Below, one piece after another: positions 1 to 10,419 of a DNA stretch of 64,000 bases. The stretch spans positions 32,001 to 96,000 of the forward strand of contig JAWLHY010000012.1 of NCBI GenBank assembly GCA_041690135.1, read 5' to 3'. Every line of letters starts with the position of its first letter. Position 1 is the first letter of the stretch. The DNA comes from Armatimonadota bacterium. Its GTDB lineage: Bacteria > Armatimonadota > SYMT01. The notes beneath the pieces are model-generated. The model ran no database searches. It was not told the DNA's origin and saw only the letters and a program-made list of their open reading frames with translations. The translations under genes were made by a program, and so were the position numbers.

Positions 1-144
1 AAGGCTGGATCGATCTAACCCCTCCTTCGCGGGCTCGCGAAGGGATCGATTATTTCAAGGGAGAAGCGTGCCTCGAATGCCCGTTCTGGAAAGTTCGCCG
101 ATCGCTAGAAGGAAGATCTGAGTTCGGCGTCAGCATGCGATGCT

Positions 145-420
145 ATGCCCCTACGTTGTGAAGCGGATCAAACCTCGCACACGCCCTACCCTCGTTCTGC
201 TCTCCGGCTCCTGGTGGCGCTAGCATTGCCTGCCCTGTTGCTGGTGGGGGCCACGCTGCTCGCCGTCGAGGCATCCTTTGGCCCGGTGAGCATCGGCAAC
301 TGCAGCATCAGCGGCCCGCGAACGTGGACGGCCTTTCCCGGAAAGGCTCGCGTCTTACTCGACTGTGGCGGCTACAAGCTCTGGTGGCGCCAGGATTCGC
401 CGGTGTCCGACGGAACGTAG
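145..420 (+). CDS. small hypothetical membrane/secreted protein
   Basis: ATG-start ORF with a hydrophobic stretch (LLVALALPALLLVGATLLAV); no family recognised. Confidence 0.4.
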   Translation: MPLRCEADQTSHTPYPRSALRLLVALALPALLLVGATLLAVEASFGPVSIGNCSISGPRTWTAFPGKARVLLDCGGYKLWWRQDSPVSDGT

Positions 421-518
421 CCTCTGTCAGAGCTATCACAGCAATGGATACTGGCAGTGGTGAACTTGATTTTCCCTACGCCGCTGGTCACGCATGGGTA
501 CGCGAGGGAGTCTGAACG

Positions 519-935
519 GTGAAACGGCGGAAGACGGGTTATGTGATCTGTCGCAAGCACCTTCGCAACGTCATGCGCCTTGCCATCAAGAAAGCCAAGG
601 GGCGAGGTCGGGAGATCTGCGGCGTCATCGTATCCAACGGCCACTTCTTACACCTGGTGCGCACGCGCAACCGGGCGAAGGGGCCCGGCAGCTTCCAATT
701 ACCGGCGGGAGAGGTACGAAAGATCCAGCGCACCGCGCGGAAGCTCAATCTCCGGGTTTTGGGCACCTTTCATTCGCATCCCGTTAGCGAGGCGGAGCCC
801 GGGGTAAGCGACATCGCTGGAGCAGATGACGGTGCTTTGATGTTGATCCTCAGCTGCTGGGACAAAGAAGCGAAACTCTGGAAGATACGCAAGAGGAAGG
901 CGGCTGAGGTGCCACTCGAATGCGTTGAGAGATAG
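519..935 (+). CDS. JAB/MPN (Mov34, M67-like) metalloprotease domain protein
   Basis: EICGVI and TFHSHPxxxxxPGxSD, a JAMM-like motif. Confidence 0.8.
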   Translation: MKRRKTGYVICRKHLRNVMRLAIKKAKGRGREICGVIVSNGHFLHLVRTRNRAKGPGSFQLPAGEVRKIQRTARKLNLRVLGTFHSHPVSEAEPGVSDIAGADDGALMLILSCWDKEAKLWKIRKRKAAEVPLECVER

Positions 936-1020
936 GCGACACACCTCCGCCCCAGGGTTGGCCGCAGGGCGAGATCGGGCGAACTGAACCGGCACTGCGT
1001 TCAGCCGGAGCAAACCGGAT

Positions 1021-4000
1021 ATGCGGGCCGGCGTCAGAATCCGTATACATGAGGTATTCGTGCTGTTTCCGCCACCAGGAGTTGCCATGCCCGCCTTCCG
1101 TCCTACCTCCACCCCTACGGTTAATGAGGAGCGGCGTCGTCCGCAGGGCTCTTGTGTCCGGGCCAAGGCATCTCCCGCGTGGGACGCCTTCACCAGCGAG
1201 GTGACTTCCAGTCCCTCGCGGGCCGCCCTCGCATCAGAGACTGTCCACACCCCACGAGGAAACTGCCCTTCGCTCGCGCGGCGGCTGCGCCGGAGCGGGA
1301 CGCTCGTGATTGCGACGGCCATGCTCTGCCTCGTGGGGGGCGCGGCTCGGGCCGAGGTCAAGGCGGGGCAGGCGGCGCTCCAGAAGGGTCAGTGGGAAGA
1401 GGCGGAAAAGGAGTTCAAGGCGAGCCTGGAGTTGGAGAAAGGCCCGGCTTACCTCGGGCTGGCGGAGGTGTACCAGGTAACGGGCCGTTATCCGGAGGCG
1501 GTCCAGGCCACGACGGAGGCCTCGCTGGTGCCGGCGACCAAGGCCCGGGCGCTCTGCCTGGCGGGCGAGGTGTTCCGCGAAACCGGCAAGACCGACGAGG
1601 CGCTCAAGATGTTCCGCGCCGCGATGGGGGCGGAGGCAGGCTCCACGCCGACCTCGCTGCGGGCGCGCCTCTACCTGGGGATCACCCTCCACGAAACGGG
1701 GCAAGCCGCCGAGGCGCAGAAGACGTTCACCCAGTTCATCCAGGACTTCAACAACCGGAAGATCGATGCCAACCGGGCGGACCACCTCACCTACACCGCC
1801 GTGGCCGCGAAGTACCTCCAGGCGTGGCAGGACGCGAACGACACCTTCCAGGACGCCCTGGATAAAGACCCCGAGTTTCAGCTCGCCAACCTGGAGTGGG
1901 GCGAGCTGTTCCTGGCCAAGTACAACGCCCAGGAGGCGGCGAAGTGCTTCCAGGAGGTGTTGAAGCAGAACCGGAAGCTGCCCCGTGCCCTGGTCAATAT
2001 GGCACGACTGCAAGTGGAGACCAGCTACAACACAGTCGCCGCCACCCGGCTCGCGGACGAGGCCCTCAAGGTCAACCCGAAGTACGTTCCCGCGCTCAAC
2101 GTGAAAGCCCGACTGGCGCTGGACGATGAGGAGTTCGCCACGGCGGAAACTCTGCTCAAGCAAGCGCTTGAGGTGAACCCGGTCGATCTGGAAGCCCTGG
2201 CGCTCCAGGGGGCGAGCCGGTACCTCCAGGACGACGCGGCCGGTTACGAAGCCGCGCGCAAGAAAGCCCTGGCGCAGAACCCGCGCTACGGCGACTTCTA
2301 CTTCCTCGTGGGCGAGCTGGCCATCCGGCATCATCGCTACACCGAGGGGGTCCAGCTCAACCGGCAGGCGGTGGCCCTCGACCCGAAGAACACGAATGCC
2401 CTGGCGGCCCTGGGCGCCAACCTCCTGCGCCTGGGCCTGGCCCACGAGCCGGAGGGGCTCAAATATGTGAACCAGGCGTTCAAGCTGGACGGGTTCAACG
2501 TGCGGACTTTCAACACGCTGAACCTGTATGAGAACGTCATCACGAAGGAGTACGAGACGGTTCCCGGACCGGTCTTCATCCTCCGACTGAACAAGAAGGA
2601 GCGCCCCCTCCTCGCCCGTTACGTGCCGCGCCTCATGGGCGAGGCGTGGGACAACTTCGTCAAGAAGTATGGCTTCACGCCCAAGCACCCGATCACGGTG
2701 GAGTTGTTCACGGAGCGGCAGCATTACGGAGCGCGGACCATCGGCCTGCCGGAGTTCGGCGCCCAGGGAACCTGCTTCGGCGAGTTGATCACCGCCATGT
2801 CGCCGGCCTCGGCCGAAGCGGACTGGGAGCAGGTGCTCTGGCACGAGCTGGCCCACGTCTTCCATCTGCAGCTCTCCCGAAACCGGGTTCCGCGGTGGTT
2901 CACGGAAGGGCTGGCGGAGTACGAGACGAACATCACCCGCCCCTACTGGAAACGGGAGCACGGCCGCGAGATCTATCTTTCACTCCGGCGGGGCGACCTC
3001 TGGAAGATCAGCGAGCTTTCCTCCGCGTTCACCCGCCCCAACCGTCCGAACGGGGTGGTCATCGCCTATCAGCAGTCCTCCCTCGTGGTTCACTACCTGG
3101 CCGAGACCTACGGCTTCCCCAAGCTGGTGGAGGCGCTGAAGCTCTACGGGAAAGGCCAGCACGATGCCGAGGTATTGCCGGCGATCACCGGCAAGCCAGT
3201 GGAGAAGCTGGACGAGGAGTTCCGTGGCTACCTCCGCAAGCGGTTCGACTATTACGAGGAGGGCTTCTTCTTCGACGCAGAAGCCTACGCGGACGGCGCC
3301 AAACTGAAGGCCGAGGCAGAAGCGAAGCCGAAGGATGCGGGCGCCCAGGCCGCCTATGCCGCGGCGCTCCTGGCCCGGCAACCGATGGAAGCCGCCGCGG
3401 CGGCACGGAAAGCACTGGAAATCGAACCCACCGAACCGCTGGCCCGGTACATACTGGCCGAGGCCCTCCTCCGCAATAAGGAGATGGAGGCGGCAGCCCT
3501 GGAGTTCGAGAAGCTGCTCACCGAGGGGGTGGACGGCTATCCGATCCGCTTCGCCCTCGGCCGGCTGGCGGCGATGGCGGGCAGCGTCGAGGCTGCTACC
3601 ATGCACCTGAATGCCGCTAAGAAGTGGGATCCGGACCGCGGCGAGCCGTACGCCATCCTGATGGGGCTCTACGAGGCCAAGGAACTCCGGGACGAGCTCC
3701 TCAAGGAGGCCGAAGCTTACCTCCAGGTTCAGGAGCACGACCACGACTCTGCGCGCCTGCTGATCGACCGCTTCTCCATCGACGGACGCTGGGAAGACAT
3801 CGTCCGGGTAGCGCCGCGAGTGCTGGGAATCACTCCCATGGAGCCTTATGTCCACCACCAGTACGGCCTGGCCCTGGCCAAACTGAAGCGGCCGAAGGAC
3901 GCAGTCTTCGAACTGGAGTCGGCGCTGATCGGAGGCGTGCGTAAACCCTCGGCCCTCCGCGGGGTACTGGCGAAACAATACCTGGCTCTTGGAGACAAGA

Positions 4001-4086
4001 CCAAAGCCAAAGCCGTGGCGCAGCAAACCCTGAAAGAGGATCCCAAGAACGTGGATGCCGCACAGGTACTCAAGCAGATCCCCTGA
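1021..4086 (+). CDS. secreted TPR-repeat protein with central peptidase MA-like (gluzincin) domain; true start probably near 1306-1321
   Basis: many TPR-like helices; HELAH...PRWFTEGLAEY zinc motif; signal-like MLCLVGGAARA. Confidence 0.85.
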   Translation: MRAGVRIRIHEVFVLFPPPGVAMPAFRPTSTPTVNEERRRPQGSCVRAKASPAWDAFTSEVTSSPSRAALASETVHTPRGNCPSLARRLRRSGTLVIATAMLCLVGGAARAEVKAGQAALQKGQWEEAEKEFKASLELEKGPAYLGLAEVYQVTGRYPEAVQATTEASLVPATKARALCLAGEVFRETGKTDEALKMFRAAMGAEAGSTPTSLRARLYLGITLHETGQAAEAQKTFTQFIQDFNNRKIDANRADHLTYTAVAAKYLQAWQDANDTFQDALDKDPEFQLANLEWGELFLAKYNAQEAAKCFQEVLKQNRKLPRALVNMARLQVETSYNTVAATRLADEALKVNPKYVPALNVKARLALDDEEFATAETLLKQALEVNPVDLEALALQGASRYLQDDAAGYEAARKKALAQNPRYGDFYFLVGELAIRHHRYTEGVQLNRQAVALDPKNTNALAALGANLLRLGLAHEPEGLKYVNQAFKLDGFNVRTFNTLNLYENVITKEYETVPGPVFILRLNKKERPLLARYVPRLMGEAWDNFVKKYGFTPKHPITVELFTERQHYGARTIGLPEFGAQGTCFGELITAMSPASAEADWEQVLWHELAHVFHLQLSRNRVPRWFTEGLAEYETNITRPYWKREHGREIYLSLRRGDLWKISELSSAFTRPNRPNGVVIAYQQSSLVVHYLAETYGFPKLVEALKLYGKGQHDAEVLPAITGKPVEKLDEEFRGYLRKRFDYYEEGFFFDAEAYADGAKLKAEAEAKPKDAGAQAAYAAALLARQPMEAAAAARKALEIEPTEPLARYILAEALLRNKEMEAAALEFEKLLTEGVDGYPIRFALGRLAAMAGSVEAATMHLNAAKKWDPDRGEPYAILMGLYEAKELRDELLKEAEAYLQVQEHDHDSARLLIDRFSIDGRWEDIVRVAPRVLGITPMEPYVHHQYGLALAKLKRPKDAVFELESALIGGVRKPSALRGVLAKQYLALGDKTKAKAVAQQTLKEDPKNVDAAQVLKQIP

Positions 4087-4495
4087 TGGATGTGGAAAAA
4101 GATGAAGAGGGATAACCTCTTACTGCTGGAGTGTTGTAAGGCTCCAGTAGCCCTCCAATTGAGAGCGTCTGATTTGCACTTGAAAACCCGTCTACACCCA
4201 GTTCGAGGGCATCAAAGGCTGACCGGTCGCGAGGCTCTTACATCGTTTTCGCCTCGCCTTCCGTCTCCACTTCAAAACCGTACCCGCGCAATCACCGAAG
4301 GTTCCGTGGGAGACACCCCTCACATCTGCCCAGAACCGACAGATGGATCTCTTAAGCGACACCTGAGTCTTGGACACTCATGTGTTACACCACCCCTAAC
4401 AACCAGGTCCCTACAAGGCATACCAGGTCTGACACCCGCCAGGAAGTACGAGGTCAGACAACGGCGAGTACCCCACCAGCATCCCTTCATTACCT

Positions 4496-4527
4496 CTTAC
4501 ATAATCCCCACCTGGGGATTATGTAAG
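4496..4527. promoter_or_regulatory. perfect 15-bp inverted repeat (possible operator or hairpin)
   Basis: CTTACATAATCCCCA-cc-TGGGGATTATGTAAG, about 75 bp upstream of the CDS at 4602. Confidence 0.5.
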
Positions 4528-4601
4528 ATCGTAATCCGCGAAACTCTAAGCGGCAAAGGCGCGTCTCAATGCTGAAGTGAGTACTTCCGGAGGATAAACC
4601 G

Positions 4602-5456
4602 ATGCGCAGCGCCTCGCTGGTTCTCGCGCTGATGTTGTGGGCCGTGCCTGTTTTGCTGCTCCCTTCTGGATCGCGTGCGGCGGATATTTCGCCACGCGTC
4701 AGTTTGGAACTCAAAGCGGTACCCCTGCGCGAAGCTCTCAAGCGACTGTTCGAGCACTCAGGCTGGCAATTCGCCGTGGATTCGCCAATACCCGATGTTC
4801 CGGCGACACTCTCCGTTGCGGATCTCCGGCTCGAACCGGCCCTGCGTTTGCTTCTGCGCGGCGCTGCAGTGCACGCACCAGGTCTTACCTATGAGCGTAC
4901 CGGCAACCATTTCCAGATTGTCCAGCGCACCGCAATCCGCAAGCCAATCGTTTCCCGTAACGAGGAGCCTGGCGCTAATGAGCGTGTCTCGCTTGACCTG
5001 GACGGAGTGAATTTACGAGAAGCGCTCCGCCGGTTGGTAGTCGGGTCTCTGGTGCGGGTCCACGTACACGAAACGGTTCCGGACGTACCCGTGAAGCTCC
5101 GTTTCAAGGAAGCCCGGCTGCCGGAAGCAGGACGTGCAATCATCCGAAATGCGGAGAAACTGGTGCCGGGTCTCGCCATCCGACCTATAGCCGACGGTTA
5201 CCAGGTGTGGATCGATGACGACAAGCCGGGTCTTGCGGGGCTGCCCGGAATGGTGAGATTTCCGGGGACCGACGAAGTGGTGGCCAAGATTCGCGTCCGC
5301 AACCTGGAGGTGACCCGTGAGAGCTGGCTGGTGCTTCTCTTGCAAGCCGCACTGCGGGAACGGATGCTTCTACGAAGCGACCGGATGAGTGCCCAGAGTC
5401 CCTACGAGTTCACGCCCGGCCCCGCCCCGCTCCCAGCTTCACCAGGCGATCGATAG
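4602..5456 (+). CDS. secreted protein with two STN (secretin/TonB N-terminal)-like domains
   Basis: signal peptide; repeated VSL(E/D)LxxVxLREALxRL modules. Confidence 0.7.
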   Translation: MRSASLVLALMLWAVPVLLLPSGSRAADISPRVSLELKAVPLREALKRLFEHSGWQFAVDSPIPDVPATLSVADLRLEPALRLLLRGAAVHAPGLTYERTGNHFQIVQRTAIRKPIVSRNEEPGANERVSLDLDGVNLREALRRLVVGSLVRVHVHETVPDVPVKLRFKEARLPEAGRAIIRNAEKLVPGLAIRPIADGYQVWIDDDKPGLAGLPGMVRFPGTDEVVAKIRVRNLEVTRESWLVLLLQAALRERMLLRSDRMSAQSPYEFTPGPAPLPASPGDR

Positions 5457-5708
5457 GGGGATTTCACTCGTTAATGTGATCGTCCCGCGAAAAACTGGAG
5501 GATGTAAGGGCTCCGCCGCGTATCTAATAGTAGGGGCAAGGTTGGCCCCTCATTCTTCCGCGGGGTTGTGGGCAGGAGTTCCCGCCCACGGGGTGGGCCC
5601 GTACGGCCCCAACTGACCGGTCGAACGCTCCCTTTCGGCGTCCTCAATCCTCTGCACTTCTGGGCGTTCGCGTCGGTAGCTCTCGCGTTGCTGTACTCGA
5701 GGAAACTC

Positions 5709-6977
5709 ATGAGCAAAGTTTGGTTCGCATCGTCTGCCCTTCTGGGCACCGTCCTGATGTCCATGGCGTCGAGCCCCGTCCATGCACAGGCCGGTAATGT
5801 CGCGTTCGGTAATCAACGACCGACGCGCGGCCAGATCCAGGGCCTTCACGTCCCGGGCGCCATGGGTATTCCCCAGCCGGAACCCGCCATCACGCTCTCG
5901 GTGAAAAACCGCAGTCTCGGCCGGGTGCTGGCGGATATGTTCAAGCAAACCCGCTACCAGTACCGTATCCTGGGTCAGATCGGCAACCAGTTGTACTCTC
6001 TGGAATGCACCCGCATGCCGCTTTCCCGGGCATTGACAACCGTGCTGGCGCAGGACAAGAGTCCGGAGCCACTGGTGTGGTCGTTTAACCGCACGCTCAC
6101 AGGCGGCGGTGAGTTCGTGGTCGATCGAGAGTTTATCGACATCAACCGAATGGAAGGGGAGAACCGGGTCAGCGTGGCCAACGGCCGGATCACCAAGGTA
6201 CTTCCGAAGATCTTCGATCAGATGAAGGTTCCTTACCGGATCGAACCCGATGTGCCGCCCGTTCTTGTCAGCGTGCAGCTTCGCCCCAGCGATTGGTCGC
6301 AGGCACTCCCCCAGGTCGTGCTCGAAGCCAACAAGGAGGAGCCGAACCTTACTTACAGCCTGGACGGCGACACCTACGTGGTACACATCCACAAGACTCC
6401 CGCTCTTCCGCCAGGGCTGAACCAGGTACAGGCCGCCGCGCTGAAGAAGGTCAAAGTCAGCGCCGGCAACGTCCCTTTCAAGGAGGTCCTGGGTCAGATC
6501 TTCAAGGACTCCCGCTGGAAGTACCAGGTCTCGGACGCCGTGAAAGATTTCAACATCAGCTACACCACCGCTGGTGAAACGGAGATCGGAGCGCTCCAGG
6601 CCGTGCTGAAAGAGTCCGCTGAGCGGGGCTACCAGATCACCTACCGCGAGGGCAAGGGCGTGTTGTTTATCGAGCCCGGACCGCTGCCGGGAGAAGCCAA
6701 GGTAACCGCGAAGGGTGGCATCAGCGCGGAACCCACCACCTCGCTGGTACTTACGGACCGCCTCTCCAAGCTGGTCCCGATTCTCGCCGGAGCCCTGATG
6801 GCGGACGTCAAGATCGCCAAGGGCGTTCCGGATCTGCCGGTGATGTTGAAGATCCAGGACGCCTCTATTGAACAGGCGCTCGAGACCCTGATCGCGTCGG
6901 CGCGCGAAAGCATCCCGACTATAACGGTGCGCCGCCAGGGCGAGACCTATCACATCGAACTGGCGGGCATGAACTGA
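5709..6977 (+). CDS. secreted protein with about four STN-like repeats
   Basis: signal peptide ending AQA; repeated modules such as ITLSVKNRSLGRVL and VKVSAGNVPFKEVL; no C-terminal barrel. Confidence 0.7.
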   Translation: MSKVWFASSALLGTVLMSMASSPVHAQAGNVAFGNQRPTRGQIQGLHVPGAMGIPQPEPAITLSVKNRSLGRVLADMFKQTRYQYRILGQIGNQLYSLECTRMPLSRALTTVLAQDKSPEPLVWSFNRTLTGGGEFVVDREFIDINRMEGENRVSVANGRITKVLPKIFDQMKVPYRIEPDVPPVLVSVQLRPSDWSQALPQVVLEANKEEPNLTYSLDGDTYVVHIHKTPALPPGLNQVQAAALKKVKVSAGNVPFKEVLGQIFKDSRWKYQVSDAVKDFNISYTTAGETEIGALQAVLKESAERGYQITYREGKGVLFIEPGPLPGEAKVTAKGGISAEPTTSLVLTDRLSKLVPILAGALMADVKIAKGVPDLPVMLKIQDASIEQALETLIASARESIPTITVRRQGETYHIELAGMN

Positions 6978-7074
6978 CCGCCCGTGTTGTCTGCAAGCTC
7001 TTGATACTGGGGAGGGGATCCGTCCGGACCCACTCCCCTGACTGTTTTGTGAGGGGTTGTGAGGGGTCGCTCCC

Positions 7075-7872
7075 TTACAACTCCACCCCCATCAACTCCA
7101 ACAGGCGATGCAAGTCGTCATCGCTGTAAAACTCCAACGCGAGCGTGCCGCGCCCCTTCTTGTAGACGACGTTGACCTTCGTCCCGTAGTGGGCGCGCAG
7201 CCGCTCTTCCAGGGCGGCAACATGGATGTCGGTGGGAGGCCGCTCCTTCTCGTTTACGGGCTGACGGGGAGTGGGCTGGGACAACGCGCGAACCTTGCTC
7301 TCCACCTCCCGCACGGTCACCGCATTCCGGACCACCCACTCCGCCACTTCCGTCTGGAGGGAGGGGTATGGAAGGGCTAACAACGCCCGGGCATGGCCCT
7401 CCGTCAGGTCGCCCGCGTCCAGCAGGTCCAGTACGGGATCCGGTAACTGTAGAAGGCGGACCGTGTTGGCTACCGCCGTACGGCTCTTACCGGTCCGCTG
7501 TGCGATTTCTCCCTGGCTGTACTGGAACTCTACTGTGAGACGTTGGTAGGCCTTGGCCGCCTCCACCACGCTGATATCCTCACGCTGGAGGTTCTCCACG
7601 AGGGCAGCTTCCAGCGCCTGCTCATCCGAGATTCTCCGGACAATCGCGGGCAACTCCTCCAGTCCGAGCAACCGGGCGGCCCGCAGGCGGCGCTCGCCGG
7701 CGATGACCTGGTACCGTTCCCCGGCAGGGCGCACCACGATGGGCTGGATGACCCCCATCTCTCGAATGGACTGCGCCAGCTCCTGGAGGCGATCCGCATC
7801 AAAACGGACGCGGGGCTGGTAGGGGCTGGGATCGATCAGACGTAGAGGTAGAGGGCAGACTTCTTCAGGCAT
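7075..7872 (-). CDS. parB: ParB/Spo0J chromosome partitioning protein
   Basis: PYQPR, GVIQPI, IAGERR(CTP-binding), ENLQREDI, HTH, GHARALL. Confidence 0.95.
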   Translation of the reverse strand: MPEEVCPLPLRLIDPSPYQPRVRFDADRLQELAQSIREMGVIQPIVVRPAGERYQVIAGERRLRAARLLGLEELPAIVRRISDEQALEAALVENLQREDISVVEAAKAYQRLTVEFQYSQGEIAQRTGKSRTAVANTVRLLQLPDPVLDLLDAGDLTEGHARALLALPYPSLQTEVAEWVVRNAVTVREVESKVRALSQPTPRQPVNEKERPPTDIHVAALEERLRAHYGTKVNVVYKKGRGTLALEFYSDDDLHRLLELMGVEL

Positions 7873-7924
7873 GGCGGGCTCTCCGTGGGTGCTGGGCCAC
7901 TATACCACGGAGTCGGGTCTACCG

Positions 7925-8947
7925 TTAACCGTTCTGAAAGCGACCCCTGACAGGCTTACCAACCTCTGACATAGGGGCTGTTTCACGTGAAACAGGGCCA
8001 CCGTGAGAGCTTGAACCGCCTCCGCCCAGGGCGCTCCGCACACCACTATCGGCGCCCTGGCCCCGCCAGAGCGAGATCCGCTCGCCCAGGCGCTCGTGGA
8101 GCCGATCGAGAGGCTCGCTGTAGATCTCTTCCAGGAGCTCCCGGTAGTGCTCCGGAAGCGGATTGCCCGGACCTTTTCCCCGGACCTCGTACAGTTCGTA
8201 GGTGGTCCAATCTACCTCTGTGGACACGCCCAGATGCCGAAACACCTTCTCCATCAGCACCTGAGGATGGGATGCCATCTCTTCCTGGAAGCCGAGCATG
8301 ATCTGATCCTCGCGGAAGTACCGGGTCCAGCGGTCGAGGATGGCGGCGTAATCGCCCCGTGTTACGGAAAGAGGCGAGCGGAAATGCTCCAGGAACTCGG
8401 CTTCCGAGACGTTCTCGAAAGGCCGCCGTGGCCGGTGCACCAGTTCCATCAGTGCCTGCGACCAGGCCCGGCTGACCGGGTGGCGGAGTAAGAGGACGAT
8501 GCGAAGATCCGGCATAACCCGCGAGATGAAGCGAACCTTTTCCTCTTCCAAAATGCTGTAAGCCGGGGTGAACTCTCCTTTGAGCCGACCCCGTCCCGCA
8601 GCGAACTGTGCGGCATAGGCTCGCAGACTCCAGTGAAAATTCTGGTCGAAGTAATGGAGCTCTTTCCGGCCCAGGTAGAGCTCGGGATGCGGCCGGCAGT
8701 TGCGGAAGAGCCAGGAAGTGCCGGCCTTCTGCGCTCCAATACAGAGGAAGTCCGGGAGCGTTAGTCGCCGGACGTCCAGAATGCCGCAAGAATAGAGATA
8801 CTTCTCCGGCGCGGTGAGCGACCGCAAGAGGCCGCGGGTCATTCGCCGGTAGGTGGCCCCCGCTGTTTTCAGTTCCACCGCGTAGCTCCTTTCTGCCGCC
8901 AGGCTCTCGACGGATAGGGTGCCGGGAGAGCTACAGGAAGCGGGCAA
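7925..8947 (-). CDS. sulfotransferase family protein (start may be 8842)
   Basis: PDFLCIGAQKAGTSWL 5'-PSB motif, KELHYF, LRHPVSRAWS. Confidence 0.88.
   Translation of the reverse strand: MPASCSSPGTLSVESLAAERSYAVELKTAGATYRRMTRGLLRSLTAPEKYLYSCGILDVRRLTLPDFLCIGAQKAGTSWLFRNCRPHPELYLGRKELHYFDQNFHWSLRAYAAQFAAGRGRLKGEFTPAYSILEEEKVRFISRVMPDLRIVLLLRHPVSRAWSQALMELVHRPRRPFENVSEAEFLEHFRSPLSVTRGDYAAILDRWTRYFREDQIMLGFQEEMASHPQVLMEKVFRHLGVSTEVDWTTYELYEVRGKGPGNPLPEHYRELLEEIYSEPLDRLHERLGERISLWRGQGADSGVRSALGGGGSSSHGGPVSRETAPMSEVGKPVRGRFQNG
7979..7994. promoter_or_regulatory. parS: parS centromere site
   Basis: perfect palindrome TGTTTCACGTGAAACA, the canonical parS consensus, about 107 bp upstream of parB. 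Confidence 0.92.
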
Positions 8948-9122
8948 CGGCCTGGGGGCCAGGATGGCGGTTTCTAGGGGGTTATCTCGCCGATCGCCGC
9001 CTGCCTGGGCAATGAAGTGACCGAGATCACATCGCGGAGGATTGCGCCATCTTTAGACCGTAGTCGAATGTGAGGGTCGGTGATTCGGACCGGGCCCGGC
9101 CCGAGGAGGTGCGGGAGGCATC

Positions 9123-10415
9123 GTGGAGCAGAGAAGACACGGCTGGTACCTCATCGCTGCACTCGTCCTCATCGCGAGTGCAATCCTTTCCGGGTGCTCC
9201 GCGGGACCTGCCGACCACCGGACAGAAATCCGCTTCTGCTTTTTCGGAGGCTACGAAGAGTGGAAGCTTTGGCAACGCATGGCCCGGGAGTTCGAGAATG
9301 AAAACCCCGACCTGCGGATGAAGCTTCTCTACTGGCCGGGGCTTAACTATGAAGACAAAGTTAAGCTCGTGATGGCGGCCGGTACCGCACCGGACATCAT
9401 CTCCGCCCAGGACGAACCGTTCCCTAACTACTGTCGCCTCAACCAGTTCGAAGATCTTACGCCGTATCTCGCCCGGCACCCCGACGAGTACCACCCCGAT
9501 CTCTACTTTCCAACGTCACTCGAGACCTTCCGCTACCAGGGCCAGCAGATGGCCGTCCCCTGGAACGGCGGGCAGATGATGGTTTATTACAACCGGAAAC
9601 TCTTCCGCGAGGCGGGCCTGCCGGATCCGCCGCCGATGGATTGGACCATCGCTGACTTTACGGAGTACGCCAAACGTCTGACCCACGACCGCGATGGAGA
9701 CGGACGGACGGATCAGTTCGGCTTTGAGATCAGCGCCGTCTGGATGAGCAGTCTCATCCCGTGGGTCTGGACTTTCGGCGCCGATATCCTCGACCCGGAA
9801 ATGAGGCACTGCACCATCAATACGCCGGAAGCGCGCGCGGCTATGCAATGGCTGCGAGACCTCCGCTACCAACATCACGTGGCTCCACAGGCCTCGGAAT
9901 TCACCGGAGCAGCCGGAGCCATTTTCATGACGGGCAACCTCGGCATGGAGATCAACGGTCCCTGGCGTTTACCCTTTATGCGGGAAACGGAAGAGGACTG
10001 GGACGTGTGGCACATGCCGATCGGCCCCGGCGGTGAGCGCTGGACGAGAGGGACATGGGATGGCCTCGCAATGTATCGCCGATCACGACGGAAGGAGGAG
10101 GCCTGGCGCTTCATCCGCTTCGCCACGGGTCGCAGGGGGCAGCGCCTCGTTGCCGAGGCGGGCAGAGCCGTGCCGCCCCGCATCAGCGAAGCTCATTCGG
10201 ACGCTTTTATCCGCCCGGATACCCCCCAGCATGAAGAGCGGTTCCTGGAGGGGATGAAGTACTTCCGCACGCAGCGCATCCACCTCCGGTGGGCGGAGAT
10301 GAACACCATCCTCACGCGCGAATACGAGGCCCTGCTCCTGCCGGACGGGGACCCGGCGCGCGCGGCAACAAACATCGAAACAGAGATCAATGCGCTCCTG
10401 AGCCCGCCGAGGTAA
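9123..10415 (+). CDS. carbohydrate ABC transporter substrate-binding lipoprotein
   Basis: lipobox LSGC; AAGTAPDI, YYNRKLF, NGPW motifs. Confidence 0.92.
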   Translation: MEQRRHGWYLIAALVLIASAILSGCSAGPADHRTEIRFCFFGGYEEWKLWQRMAREFENENPDLRMKLLYWPGLNYEDKVKLVMAAGTAPDIISAQDEPFPNYCRLNQFEDLTPYLARHPDEYHPDLYFPTSLETFRYQGQQMAVPWNGGQMMVYYNRKLFREAGLPDPPPMDWTIADFTEYAKRLTHDRDGDGRTDQFGFEISAVWMSSLIPWVWTFGADILDPEMRHCTINTPEARAAMQWLRDLRYQHHVAPQASEFTGAAGAIFMTGNLGMEINGPWRLPFMRETEEDWDVWHMPIGPGGERWTRGTWDGLAMYRRSRRKEEAWRFIRFATGRRGQRLVAEAGRAVPPRISEAHSDAFIRPDTPQHEERFLEGMKYFRTQRIHLRWAEMNTILTREYEALLLPDGDPARAATNIETEINALLSPPR

Positions 10416-10419
10416 TCGC

